Shown: positions 38,216-48,146 of the stretch, one piece after another
Position numbering within the stretch: position 1 is the first letter of the stretch
How the letters are laid out: each line of letters starts with the position of its first letter
DNA from: a virus
Lineage: Duplodnaviria > Caudoviricetes
Length of the DNA: 59,403 nucleotides
Reading direction: 5' to 3' (one strand)
IMG/VR virus record: IMGVR_UViG_3300032297_000320
Span: 1 to 59,403 of that record
The notes under the pieces: model-generated
What the model was told of the DNA's origin: nothing
What the model saw: only the letters and a program-made list of their open reading frames with translations
Database searches by the model: none
Made by a program: the position numbers and the translations under genes

Positions 38216-39910
38216 TTAGGCGGTTAAGGAAGCGAGGTCAGCGTTTGAAAGGCGGGTCTTGAATAGTAGGGCTTGGTTAATCCTATCGCCATAAGTATAG
38301 GCGCTTGAATAAGAGAATTTGCCTAATGCTATTTCCGTCATCGTGGGAATGGTACACGATGTGTCTACGGAGCCCATTATTGTTCCATCAAGGTAGGCCA
38401 CCGTATTGTTTAACTCGTAGGATATGGCTAATTTATGGCGGCCGACTGTTAGCGTTCTGCTTTGCGAGAATTGGGCTACGCCATTGTCAAGCATAAAAAC
38501 ACCCACACTATTACTGCCAGCGCTACCATAAATCTCAATAAGTTCGGCAGAACTTGCGCCCATTACGGTCATAACTGGCCAAAATGAATCCTTTGAACCC
38601 GAAAATTCAAAATCCACGAATACGGTGCCAGCGGTCTGCCCAATCAAAGAGCTGATACCCGTTTTGCTGCACGCATCCGCCCCCCTTGTCACCGCTGCTC
38701 CCAATGTGGGGATGTACGAGGTGGCGTAGGCTCCTGCTTCTACCTGTGCGCCCCAAAAATATGACACCGAAGCAGCTGACAAAGTGCGGCTGCTGCTTGT
38801 ACTTGAAATGCCAAACTGAAAATAGTCAAGCGATTTGTTTGATGTATTGGTCAACGTACAGCGGAACCAGCCATTGCCGTAATTTTCAATAGCACCAGTA
38901 AAGCCGCTTATTTGGTTAGCAACAGTCCCAGCCTCAATGTCAAACCAAACTTTTGCGCTTTCGCTATTGGTTGGGCTGAAAATGTATAGATACTTTCCGC
39001 CACTAACGTACTTTGCAAAAATTGAAATAGAATATATTGCGCTTGAGCCGCTAACCGACTTATAACAAGACGAATCCGCAGAAGCATCAAAAGCGAACTT
39101 ATCTGCGTTTTGATATCCGTCTGGACTTGTGGTAAAATTTTGGGTTAGGGTAAAGTTAACGCTTACCCATTGACTAAACTGCTCCGAATAGTTTATAAGG
39201 TTTGTCCGCTGTGGTTCAAGCAACAGGCGAGGACAAGTACTATTCAAGTAGTCCAAACGGGGTAACCCACTAACAGGGCCAACGCTTACCGCTGCGGTGG
39301 TGGTGGCGATGTAGTCTGTTGCTACGTCACCAACTTCTACTTGGTATCCGTAAATAAGCACGTCAGTAGCAAGCTGCTTTGCATCAACGCCAACAAATAC
39401 AGAAGTAACTGAAGTTGTTTGTGTATAAGAAACACGAGTCCAAGAAGTAGTAGCCGTTACTGTTGCAACAGCACCACCTTGAAACTGAACATACAACTCT
39501 TGTGCGCTTGCAGTATTTGACTTAATCCAAAATGAAACATTGTACGGAATACCATTTGTAAGCGTTAAAAGTTGACGTACAAAAGCTCGGTCTGAAGTTG
39601 TAGCGATTGTTGCTAACCAACGCTGGGCATTACTGCCTCCCGTTGGGTCGGTGAAACCAGTAGTAACTGCACTTGTGTAAGTTCCTACACCGCCTTTAGT
39701 CCAAGCAGCATTATCAAACGCCTGCGAGTAGGTAATAAGGTTCGTACGCACCTTCTCAATAAGCCCATCGGGGCCGACTCGGGTGGCGGTGTCGTTTGAC
39801 CTTGAAAATGAAAGGTCCGCTGCCCCATCTGTAGGTACAGCGCAGTAGACTTTTGACGTCTTATACCCTGAGGGTATCATAACTACTGACGCATCACTGT
39901 AAAAACTCAT
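38216..39910 (-). CDS. Spike/fibre protein with carbohydrate-binding and LamG-like domains
   Basis: ATRV...GLIE, two RTNL..YS modules, G.QVE.G..AT.YI.T, PRLDY, LLLEPQRTN, C-terminal LamG-like region. Confidence 0.75.
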   Translation of the reverse strand: MSFYSDASVVMIPSGYKTSKVYCAVPTDGAADLSFSRSNDTATRVGPDGLIEKVRTNLITYSQAFDNAAWTKGGVGTYTSAVTTGFTDPTGGSNAQRWLATIATTSDRAFVRQLLTLTNGIPYNVSFWIKSNTASAQELYVQFQGGAVATVTATTSWTRVSYTQTTSVTSVFVGVDAKQLATDVLIYGYQVEVGDVATDYIATTTAAVSVGPVSGLPRLDYLNSTCPRLLLEPQRTNLINYSEQFSQWVSVNFTLTQNFTTSPDGYQNADKFAFDASADSSCYKSVSGSSAIYSISIFAKYVSGGKYLYIFSPTNSESAKVWFDIEAGTVANQISGFTGAIENYGNGWFRCTLTNTSNKSLDYFQFGISSTSSSRTLSAASVSYFWGAQVEAGAYATSYIPTLGAAVTRGADACSKTGISSLIGQTAGTVFVDFEFSGSKDSFWPVMTVMGASSAELIEIYGSAGSNSVGVFMLDNGVAQFSQSRTLTVGRHKLAISYELNNTVAYLDGTIMGSVDTSCTIPTMTEIALGKFSYSSAYTYGDRINQALLFKTRLSNADLASLTA

Positions 39911-40490
39911 AACTCCAAAAATAATTATTGTGACTCTTTATTACTCCCCTGCATACTTTTGATATTGCGTTTTCATCAGAGCCTGTGGCTAAGGCTGCGA
40001 TTCTTACACTGTTATACTGACGCAGTGGTTCTTTTTCTTTTGTGTATTGATAAACGATTTTTCCTTTTCCTTTTCTTGCTTCAACTGATGCAAAGATAGC
40101 CTTTGTAATATCAATCCTATTATTCTCGTAAGCGTGTTTAGAATTCTCACTATGAGTTACCCATTCTAAATTTTCAACATTATTGTTCCTTGGATTGGAA
40201 TCAATATGGTTTACGAGTTTTTTGTTTTCTGGATTTTGTATAAATGCTTTGGCGACTAAGCGATGAGCTTTATTGTAGTGTCTTTTACCGTCCTTCTTTA
40301 AATAGTAGACTACATATGGATAAACTAAGGATCCAAGTTCAGGAATTAAATTGCCTCCTTTTTTAAACACTAAAAATTCTTTTCCAAGCTTAGACTTGCT
40401 TTTTATGAATCTATCTAATGATCGAACATTACCATAGCTACTAACTTGGTATTCACTTTCGTATCCTTCTATGTCTCGCCAAACTTCCAT
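39894..40490 (-). mobile_element. Free-standing NUMOD4-HNH homing endonuclease with C-terminal NUMOD1-like HTH
   Basis: EVWRDIEGYE..YQVSSYGNVRS, HRLVAKAFI.NP...VNHID....NN.VENLEW; visibly AT-rich. Confidence 0.92.
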
Positions 40491-40765
40491 TACGCGTTAA
40501 TTGCAAAAAAGGAATTGTTAAAGCAAGACTCAGCCTCAACAGTAGCGCCATCAGCAGTCCAACGTTGGAAGATTAAGTCAGTATAGTTTATTGAGTTTCT
40601 TACGCCAAGCAAGAATACGGCACGTTCAAAGCAAGACTCTCCCTCTACCGTACCACCATCAGCCGTTACTCTGTTGTAGTAGTCGTTGAAGATTAACTGC
40701 GCTGCTCCACGTAGGAATCCAGCACCAGACGGAGTCAGGCTTACGCTTAGTCCGAGACCAATCAT
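40490..40765 (-). CDS. Small virion-associated protein with a duplicated RVxADGGxxE motif
   Basis: MIGLGL start; RVTADGGTVEGESC and RWTADGATVEAESC. Confidence 0.65.
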   Translation of the reverse strand: MIGLGLSVSLTPSGAGFLRGAAQLIFNDYYNRVTADGGTVEGESCFERAVFLLGVRNSINYTDLIFQRWTADGATVEAESCFNNSFFAINA

Positions 40766-40767
40766 AT

Positions 40768-41034
40768 TTAGGCGATGTAGGCGATTACCGTTCCTGAGCT
40801 AACGCTTACAGCACTAAACAATCCGTAGACTGTAGAGCCAGCAAGAAGCGTTACAGCGCTAAGGTTATCCCCCTCTTCTGAGGTGAGTGTTACGACAGCG
40901 TCTGCAAGCACAGTGATTGCACGGTAGTATTCTCCACTAACAGGAGAGAAGCTTGAGGTTACAACCCGAAAGCCCTTTTGACCAAAGGCTTGCAGTTGGT
41001 AGTTTACTGGGTTGGTAATGTTTGAATAGCTCAC
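40768..41034 (-). CDS. Small putative structural protein
   Basis: Beta-rich, C-terminal YGLF.AVSVSSG.VIAY; directly after the portal gene. Confidence 0.6.
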   Translation of the reverse strand: MSYSNITNPVNYQLQAFGQKGFRVVTSSFSPVSGEYYRAITVLADAVVTLTSEEGDNLSAVTLLAGSTVYGLFSAVSVSSGTVIAYIA

Positions 41035-41085
41035 AACGAAAAAGATTAAAGGTTAAAGAGCAACGCTATTGCCCTACAAAGATAG

Positions 41086-43542
41086 TTATTGATTTAAGAT
41101 GATGTCAACGATGTCTTCCTGAGCCTCGAGGTCTTCCTTCTTGAGTTCAGGACGCTCGCCTTTACGCTGAGCAATCAGTTTGCTCTGGGCTACGGCCTGC
41201 TCCTTGATGCGGTCATCCTTGCGGTCTTCCGCCTGCTGGTCGGCATTCTGACGTACACCAGATTCAATCTGCTGTTCGGCAATACCGAACTGACCTTGAA
41301 CCCTAGCTAGTTGCATCTTAAGGTCGTACTCCACCTGCAGCAGCTGAGCCTTAGCCTGTGCTTCAAGCTGAATCTTCTGTGCCTCGAGCTGTGCCTTCAT
41401 CTGCTCCTCCTGCATCTTGGCTTGACTGGTAACCTGAGCCACCTGAGCGTTAGCCTGTGCTTGGAACTGAGAGTTCTGCTGAGCCATCTCCTGACGCATT
41501 TTCATACGCTTCTTACGGCGTACGATAAGCAAGCGCTCGGCTTGGTCGATGTCACGCAGCTGACGGATGGCGATTGCATCTTCGATGTCTAGTTCTCCGT
41601 TAGCGATGGAAGCCTGAATGTTCTGCTCAAGGTACATCCGGTCAAGCTCACCCATATCGTTTACCACACGTACTCCGAAGTTATACATAGGAAGCGCTGA
41701 GAAACTCGACAATACCGCCATATTCTCGCGTCCAATTGCAGTTTCGTACGCTTGGTACAAAATAGATTTTGGAGGAAGAATCTGCAGACATTTCACCACG
41801 TCCTCACAGATCTTGCGGTACAGCACAATCGCTGCGTTGGTGATGTCGTAGAGTGCGTTATTGCCAGCGGCAAGCTGCTGCTGACGTACACCAACAAGCT
41901 GGTCTCCTTTAGGACTCGTTCCGTCCATCACCTCGTTGATACCCGTAGCGTCACGGATCATCCGTAGTGCGTGGTTGTAGATGGTGATGAGTTCGTTGAT
42001 GTTGCGGATGCTGTTGTCCAACGGACGGATGGGCGGGTTCTGGAAGCTTCCGTCTGCGTTCTTAGAACGGTAGTAGAAGATACCAGTCTGCTCGTAGATG
42101 TCTTGGATGTCAAGAGGCTGAAGCTCTCCACCGCGGCCGAGCTGTACGTTCTCCAGTCCTTCGATGTCTACAATCAATCCATCAGGCTTGGCCTTAGCGA
42201 TTGACTGCTGAAGCTTGAGGTGAGTGATCTGAAGTTGGTCAGCGAATCCAATGATAGAACTTACCATTGACTTAGGAATCATACGACGGATATTGCTAGC
42301 CATCACGCTGTAACTCATACGAGTACGGCTAAGGTCGTGTACGTTCTTAGGTATATTTTTCTTTACCCCGTAGTCGTAGATGTATTCCGTGCCAAGGATG
42401 TAGCAGCCTCCGTATAGCGTCTGGTTCTGCATATAAACAGCTTCACGATCGTATACACTCTGCTGTGGTGCATTGTACTTGTGGCCCTTGTAGTAAAATC
42501 CGATGTTGCCAAAGCGAGACTCCTTCTTCTCGAAGATGATGTTGTCAACGCTTACGAACTCGAAGTCAAGTACGTCAATGGTGTACTCGTCGTAGCCGTA
42601 GTAGTAGCGGTCCATACCTACGTCGTAACGCTGGTCCATAAAACGGTTAGCATCGTTACCGAATCGGTTCATCACCGTGCGCGCCATCTTCTCGTACTGG
42701 TCTTCAGTGAACTGATTACCCGCTACACGCTTAAGCTCAGAGATGCTCATACGCTTCATATGTCCTGCGTAGATGATGTCGCTGAACGTGGGGTCATCTG
42801 TGAAGCTGTGGACGAAGTATGCTGGGTCAACGTACTCCTCTACGATTCCGTAGTTGGGGTCGTTGCTGCGTTTGGTGACAGCCATACCGCAGGTAACGAG
42901 GTCCTCTACGTTACGACGGAACACACGCTCGTCAAAGTCGTTCCAGCTAAGGGTAAGGTTGATGCCAATCTGTGCAGCGATTTCTGCTGCAGTCTTGATG
43001 TTGGTCTCAAGGAATATTTCGGTTTCTTCTGCGGTATCGGGAAGTTGGTCGGGGTCTACCTCAGTACGCAGTCCAGACTCTTTGGCTTCCTTAAGTACGT
43101 CTTTGTTCTCGATGAAAATCTTCATCTTGTTCTTCTCGTAGTCCTTCTCACTGCGAGAGAGTGGATCTACGGCCTCTACGTTAGGGTAAAACTTAGACGA
43201 TAGGATCTTGTTTACTACAATCTTTACGAACTTAGGAACGATAGGTACTGGTGTCCAGTCAAGGTTTACCAGTGATCCGTCTCCGTTGTTTGGGTCTAGC
43301 GACGTAAGGATTTGCTTGTAGATTGAAGTGTCCTGTGTTCCGTTGGCATAGTCGCGAGAAATCTCAAACTCCTTCCAACGCTTACCATATAGTGAGCCTT
43401 CCCACTCTACACTACCCCATTGGCTGTAGATGGCCTTGGCGTATTGTAGGCCATAGGCTTTACTTACTTTGGCCTCGTGTGACGCAAGCGGATCAGGAAA
43501 CGTAGAGTCGTACCCGCTGCTTTTTACTGAGTATTGATCCAT
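41086..43542 (-). CDS. Portal protein
   Basis: 818 aa; LDWTPVPIVPKFVKIVVN, IRDATGINE..DG, Gln-rich C-terminal barrel; follows terminase. Confidence 0.9.
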   Translation of the reverse strand: MDQYSVKSSGYDSTFPDPLASHEAKVSKAYGLQYAKAIYSQWGSVEWEGSLYGKRWKEFEISRDYANGTQDTSIYKQILTSLDPNNGDGSLVNLDWTPVPIVPKFVKIVVNKILSSKFYPNVEAVDPLSRSEKDYEKNKMKIFIENKDVLKEAKESGLRTEVDPDQLPDTAEETEIFLETNIKTAAEIAAQIGINLTLSWNDFDERVFRRNVEDLVTCGMAVTKRSNDPNYGIVEEYVDPAYFVHSFTDDPTFSDIIYAGHMKRMSISELKRVAGNQFTEDQYEKMARTVMNRFGNDANRFMDQRYDVGMDRYYYGYDEYTIDVLDFEFVSVDNIIFEKKESRFGNIGFYYKGHKYNAPQQSVYDREAVYMQNQTLYGGCYILGTEYIYDYGVKKNIPKNVHDLSRTRMSYSVMASNIRRMIPKSMVSSIIGFADQLQITHLKLQQSIAKAKPDGLIVDIEGLENVQLGRGGELQPLDIQDIYEQTGIFYYRSKNADGSFQNPPIRPLDNSIRNINELITIYNHALRMIRDATGINEVMDGTSPKGDQLVGVRQQQLAAGNNALYDITNAAIVLYRKICEDVVKCLQILPPKSILYQAYETAIGRENMAVLSSFSALPMYNFGVRVVNDMGELDRMYLEQNIQASIANGELDIEDAIAIRQLRDIDQAERLLIVRRKKRMKMRQEMAQQNSQFQAQANAQVAQVTSQAKMQEEQMKAQLEAQKIQLEAQAKAQLLQVEYDLKMQLARVQGQFGIAEQQIESGVRQNADQQAEDRKDDRIKEQAVAQSKLIAQRKGERPELKKEDLEAQEDIVDIILNQ

Positions 43543-43576
43543 TTATCGCAGTTTATGTACAAAGGTACGTGTTATC

Positions 43577-45691
43577 TCAGCGCGTAATTTCCTTGCCTTT
43601 ACGAAAGAAAACCTTCTCGTTGAAGTTTGTCTTCTTTGTTTCCTTTACCTGCTTTTGTGCCCCAAGAAGTGCGAGTCCAGAGCTGATGGTTAAGTCAAAC
43701 TTTGTTCGGTCGTCAATCTTAAAGTTAATCCAATCCTCCAGCGTTCTTGTGAAGTACATCTTCCCGAAGTGTCCGGTCTCGTTGTGGAGACCTACGTGGT
43801 CGTGGATATACGCCTCGATAGCCTGAGCGTGGGCTTGGATCACGTCTTGGCTGTTGGATGGGATACCCTTTGTCTTTACGTTCACCTTTGCCGATGACGA
43901 CATAAGATGCGCTGGGCGGTCCATTAGGTACTCGTCATACCCTCGTGACTCAAAGTATCGTGCAATGCCGTACTTGTTGTTCTCTATCAGCACAGGGTAT
44001 CCGTAGAATACAGCAGCCATAAGGATGTCCTCGTAGAAGATTTTAGCAAGCGGTGGACGAGATGCATACTCAGCTACAAACATATTCGCTGGGTGCTCCA
44101 TCGAGAACTTGTTGTAGATATGACAGGCACCCTTAGATGCTCGATAGTCGATCGTAGTGTCAAGGTCATAGGAGTCAACTCCCATCACACCAAATGCTCC
44201 GTTGGGAGCAACCATCTTGTTGTTCTCTATCTTTCGTTTGTTTCGAATGTACTGTGGTGCTAGCCACGCCACTCGCCATCTTCCGTTAGGGTCTGGTGCA
44301 AAGACAACCTCTGTGTCCTGCTTGCCTTCCTTCCACTGGAAGTTGCCAATGATAACTGGATTGGGGTACAGCTCCTCGTTGTGCTGAATCTGTTCGTAGA
44401 TCTTTTGGATATTAAACAGCGAAGACTTGGTCGAATCACGGAACGCTTCGTCCTCAGTAAACGGGAACTGACGGATGATCTCGTTAAGCTCGTAGCTGTT
44501 GTTTTGCTGTCCTTTTCTCTCGTTCTTCAAGAACGTGCGTGCACCGATAGTGGTGAACGTTCCATCCTCAGTCATCACTGGCTGCTCTGGGTCATCAATG
44601 ATAGGCAAACCGTACTGGTCGAAGAATCCTTCTAGCGCATCGTAAGCCGGGATGAATATTTTGTACAGACCACTCTTGGTACGTCCGTTCTCGTTGCGGT
44701 CATTCGGGTCAGAGTCGTAGTACAAGTCTCGGAACTCTCGGCCTCCCTTGTCAAGTGGATTCACGGTAGAGCCTACCATCGCCTTGCCGATAACCCTACG
44801 TCCAACAAGCAAACACGTTCTATGGATACGCCACACCTCACGTATATCGTTAGGATTCAGCCATTTACCAGCCTCATCAAGAAACAACATATGGGTCTTG
44901 CTTCCGTCGTATGCGTTGTTGGTAGTATTCTTCCAGTTGATGATTGTGTCGAGTGCCTCTCCTCGTGAGGTAGTCTTATTCTTTTTAGTGATGCGCTTTG
45001 CAGGTTCACGGAACGCAAGCTCCATTCGTGGGTTGGTGGTACCGTCTAGGATTGGAGAAAAGAAGAATGGATAGCTCTTAAAGATTGGCACGATCTTGGA
45101 ACCGAACACCGCCTCCTGAGCGTCAGTACCTGTCTTGCTCATAATACCCAACAGCTTCTCTTTCACCTGCGAACCTTCGTTCACAAGCGTAGCTGCACTC
45201 ATATTGGTATACCCAGAACGTCGGCACTTGGTATAGATCTGTCCCAAGCAACGTGGGTCAGCCTCGCACGCAGCGAAGTGGGTGAACAGCTTTCTCTGGA
45301 AGTCTAGGTAGCCCGGGTAGCCAATGTCAATTTTGCTCCACTGAAGGAACATATAGTGGTGTCCAGTAATGTATGTTTGAACACCGTTATTCATAAACCA
45401 CACACCTTCTCTTCTGCGGCGGAACTCCTCCTCGATGTAGGGACTCCACTTCTGTTGGAACTCTCGTGGTGATTCGTACCAGTCGTCCATAGACTTAATC
45501 TGGGACAGCTCTCGTGGCAATTCTATTCTTTGCCACTTTTGGTTCACTACTGGTAAACTTTGGAATAGAACATTCGTTGGCTCTGGAAGCTGAATATTCA
45601 GCGACTCAATCTCAATGATCGGACCATCCGACCCATTGGGACAGATGTTGATCACCTCTTCGCCGTCTATCATCTTCAGACCTGCCATCAC
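43577..45691 (-). CDS. terL: Terminase large subunit
   Basis: KCRRSGYT (Walker A), LFLDEAGKW (Walker B), GVDSYD, LIENN, FDLTISSG nuclease motifs. Confidence 0.93.
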   Translation of the reverse strand: MMAGLKMIDGEEVINICPNGSDGPIIEIESLNIQLPEPTNVLFQSLPVVNQKWQRIELPRELSQIKSMDDWYESPREFQQKWSPYIEEEFRRRREGVWFMNNGVQTYITGHHYMFLQWSKIDIGYPGYLDFQRKLFTHFAACEADPRCLGQIYTKCRRSGYTNMSAATLVNEGSQVKEKLLGIMSKTGTDAQEAVFGSKIVPIFKSYPFFFSPILDGTTNPRMELAFREPAKRITKKNKTTSRGEALDTIINWKNTTNNAYDGSKTHMLFLDEAGKWLNPNDIREVWRIHRTCLLVGRRVIGKAMVGSTVNPLDKGGREFRDLYYDSDPNDRNENGRTKSGLYKIFIPAYDALEGFFDQYGLPIIDDPEQPVMTEDGTFTTIGARTFLKNERKGQQNNSYELNEIIRQFPFTEDEAFRDSTKSSLFNIQKIYEQIQHNEELYPNPVIIGNFQWKEGKQDTEVVFAPDPNGRWRVAWLAPQYIRNKRKIENNKMVAPNGAFGVMGVDSYDLDTTIDYRASKGACHIYNKFSMEHPANMFVAEYASRPPLAKIFYEDILMAAVFYGYPVLIENNKYGIARYFESRGYDEYLMDRPAHLMSSSAKVNVKTKGIPSNSQDVIQAHAQAIEAYIHDHVGLHNETGHFGKMYFTRTLEDWINFKIDDRTKFDLTISSGLALLGAQKQVKETKKTNFNEKVFFRKGKEITR

Positions 45692-45987
45692 TTACGTGCC
45701 ATTCGTTCTGCGAATCCTCCCTTGAAGTCTTTCTCCTCCTCGAAGCCACCAGACTCCTCGAGGTCTCCCACTAGCTGTTCTAGCTTCTGTCGCTCCACAA
45801 TCAGTTCCTTGCACGCTAGGGCTGTATCCTTGATGGCCTGAAGTTCCGCCTTACGAGCAGACCCCGTTAGGTCAGGGTCCACTGGCTTGCGAATCTCTTC
45901 GGTCATATTCTGGATGGCAGCCTCCATTGCGGAGATAAGATTGCGGGCTGCGTCAACAGTGGTGAACTTGCTTACTGCTTTGCGCAT
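45688..45987 (-). CDS. Putative terminase small subunit
   Basis: Helical protein ending GGFAERMARK, coupled to terL. Confidence 0.45.
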   Translation of the reverse strand: MRKAVSKFTTVDAARNLISAMEAAIQNMTEEIRKPVDPDLTGSARKAELQAIKDTALACKELIVERQKLEQLVGDLEESGGFEEEKDFKGGFAERMARK

Positions 45988-46550
45988 AGCAGGTGGTGGA
46001 TTTGCATACGCCACAGCTTGCGGCCATTGATGTCCATCTCGTAGTCTGCGTCTTTAGCGAAGAACACTACGTCCCCAACAGCAAGTCCTTCCGACTCCAA
46101 CCACTGGCTTCCGTATACGATACGTCCCCAACGCTTCTCGGGCTCCTTAAACGTAACTAATTCCAGAACATCGCTCTTGAGTTCAGGCTCCTGCTCTACT
46201 GGCTCTAGGAACACCCAGTCTGCAACAGCAAGCAAAGTTCCATCCGGTTTCTCAATCAGGTAGGCTTGGTTTGCGCTACCACCGAATGGGTCGTAGTTGA
46301 CGCGGTAGACCTTTTCGTTGACGTCAACAATTTGGTTATCGTTCAGCGCTACGTGGTGGTGGTGGAAGACATAGTCTCCAACCTCTACCTGAGATTCGAA
46401 CTTCGCTGGAATTCCAACAACCTTCGCCTTCATTGTGCGGTACTCAAACTCGTTGAACTTGGTGTCTACGTATATTTCAGTTTCACCCACTTTGATGGTG
46501 TCGTTTACAGCCGACGGGATATGTACAAGAATGTGGTACAATGGTTTCAT
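45972..46550 (-). CDS. GroES-like co-chaperonin with two tandem GroES-like repeats
   Basis: KAKVVGIP...VEVGDYVF and GRIVYG...LAVGDVVFF...YEMDING. Confidence 0.7.
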   Translation of the reverse strand: MKPLYHILVHIPSAVNDTIKVGETEIYVDTKFNEFEYRTMKAKVVGIPAKFESQVEVGDYVFHHHHVALNDNQIVDVNEKVYRVNYDPFGGSANQAYLIEKPDGTLLAVADWVFLEPVEQEPELKSDVLELVTFKEPEKRWGRIVYGSQWLESEGLAVGDVVFFAKDADYEMDINGRKLWRMQIHHLLCAKQ

Positions 46551-46583
46551 ATAAATTAAAGTAAAATTGTAAGTGGGTTACAA

Positions 46584-46817
46584 CTAGAAGTTGCAGTCGT
46601 ACTCTACAATGGTTGGCATACCCTCGATTGTCTTCCACAGCATAATGCTGTTGTTCTTGATGAGGTATACCATATACCTGCGCTCTCCGTGACGTACTAG
46701 GTACTGCCCGTCAAGCATAATGGCGTGGATTTCTCCGTCGCCAGCCTTCTGTCCTACATAGTAGGCGAGGGCCTTTAGCGGGTCGGTCCCCGCAATAATT
46801 TTTCTGATAATGTCCAT
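46584..46817 (-). CDS. hypothetical protein
   Basis: IRKI..G...ALAY.VGQ ... PTIVEYD; AT-rich leader. Confidence 0.7.
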   Translation of the reverse strand: MDIIRKIIAGTDPLKALAYYVGQKAGDGEIHAIMLDGQYLVRHGERRYMVYLIKNNSIMLWKTIEGMPTIVEYDCNF

Positions 46818-46827
46818 TTCATTTAAT

Positions 46828-47130
46828 TTACTTCAAATTTAGCCAGAAATCAGGATCAGACGGATCGGTATCCTCGTCGTCATCATCCATCTCCTGATAT
46901 GATGTAGCTAAGTACATCAATAATGAGTTCATTTCTTCAGTGTTGTCTACATCAATAGTCGATATAGACTCAACAACGTTCTTACCTTCTTGCTCCCCAG
47001 CTACAAGCCCAACGGTTGCAATCATCATAAAGTCATCATAGATGCCAAGATCCTTGGCCTTCTCCATAATCTCTTCGAAGTTATTACGAGCTAGAATAAA
47101 CAGCTCTACCCGTGCTTCTTCTTTAGTCAT
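46828..47130 (-). CDS. hypothetical acidic protein
   Basis: ATG 47130 immediately after the upstream stop. Confidence 0.6.
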   Translation of the reverse strand: MTKEEARVELFILARNNFEEIMEKAKDLGIYDDFMMIATVGLVAGEQEGKNVVESISTIDVDNTEEMNSLLMYLATSYQEMDDDDEDTDPSDPDFWLNLK

Positions 47131-47131
47131 A

Positions 47132-48109
47132 CTAGAACGCGTAGAAAGCTTTGCCGTTGACAAGTACGGTCATATTACTTCCTGTCGTGTTGCTTGCTCG
47201 AAGCTGAAGGGTGGTAGATAAGATTGTTGCGTTAAAAACAAACGTAGACGTGGTAGAAGATCCAATTGAAGTCTTGATTGAATCGATCATTACTGGTGAT
47301 GTAGCGAGGTTGTCTGGGTTCCAAGCCACGTGAATCTCTCCAACTCGTACAATCGTAGATCCAGAGTTATAGATCATATAGTCGATAATCCAGCCGCCAG
47401 CAAAAAGGTCAGCCTCAATAGTTGTTACTACACCATTGGTTACAGCGTTGTTGATTGTAGCACTATCTGAACGGCTAAAGAATGCACAGGTTCCGCTTGA
47501 TGCTTCGCGTTGTACGAAGTCAAGACCCATAAAGTTCAGCTGTTCAGCGCCCGGCGAGTCATTAAACACAAGACTTGAAGATCCTCCTGCTACACCTCCA
47601 TTGTTGTATGTAACCTGTCCGTTGCTTCCAGCAGCAGCAACTGAGATGTTGTTTCCTACGTAAGTTGTAAGGTCAGATAGTGTGACATACTTGTAGACAG
47701 TGGCTGTTGCGTCGTACACCATAAAGGTGTCTGCTGTTGCTAGTGTTGCTGAGGTCAGCTGCGAAAGCGTTGTTGGAGCATTGATTGAGATTACGTCACT
47801 AGCAATGTTGAGAGGAGCAACAGGAGTAAGGCTAGCACCAGAGGTAAATGCTGCTGTTCCGAGGTTGCGCTTAACAAGGTTATTACTCGCATCAAGAAAA
47901 AGAGCTGCAACTTCAGTAGATCCAGTAGTGGGAGCTTCACTAAAGCCAAGCGTTCCATTTACTTCAACCTTAGTAGTGGACAGCTTAAGGGCAGTGTCGT
48001 TTCCAGCTCCGTCCTCAATTACTTTGGTAGTAGACGTAGCCGTACCACTCTCAAGCTTAAGGAGAGAAGTATACGCATCTTTTACGCGTTGGCCGCTAAG
48101 TGTTCCCAT
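47132..48109 (-). CDS. Putative structural fibre/head protein
   Basis: MGTLSGQRVKDAYTSLLK..IEDGAGN start, Ser/Thr/Gly-rich. Confidence 0.6.
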   Translation of the reverse strand: MGTLSGQRVKDAYTSLLKLESGTATSTTKVIEDGAGNDTALKLSTTKVEVNGTLGFSEAPTTGSTEVAALFLDASNNLVKRNLGTAAFTSGASLTPVAPLNIASDVISINAPTTLSQLTSATLATADTFMVYDATATVYKYVTLSDLTTYVGNNISVAAAGSNGQVTYNNGGVAGGSSSLVFNDSPGAEQLNFMGLDFVQREASSGTCAFFSRSDSATINNAVTNGVVTTIEADLFAGGWIIDYMIYNSGSTIVRVGEIHVAWNPDNLATSPVMIDSIKTSIGSSTTSTFVFNATILSTTLQLRASNTTGSNMTVLVNGKAFYAF

Positions 48110-48146
48110 ATTCTGTACTTTTGCTACAAAGATACAATTTACTTCA

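Noticed and set aside
32307-39910. Diversity-generating retroelement targeting the fibres
   Set aside because: No reverse transcriptase and no TR/VR pair differing only at adenines was seen
39894-40490. Group I intron carrying the HNH gene
   Set aside because: The ORF overlaps both neighbours, leaving no sequence for intron core helices
42481-43203. 240-aa + strand ORF opposite the portal gene, and similar antisense ORFs over capsid, terminase and fibre genes
   Set aside because: Explained by codon bias of the real - strand genes; no leaders or motifs
47700-48146. N-terminal 149 codons of the 358-aa + strand ORF
   Set aside because: Antisense shadow of the 47132-48109 gene; the promoter motif supports a start at 48147
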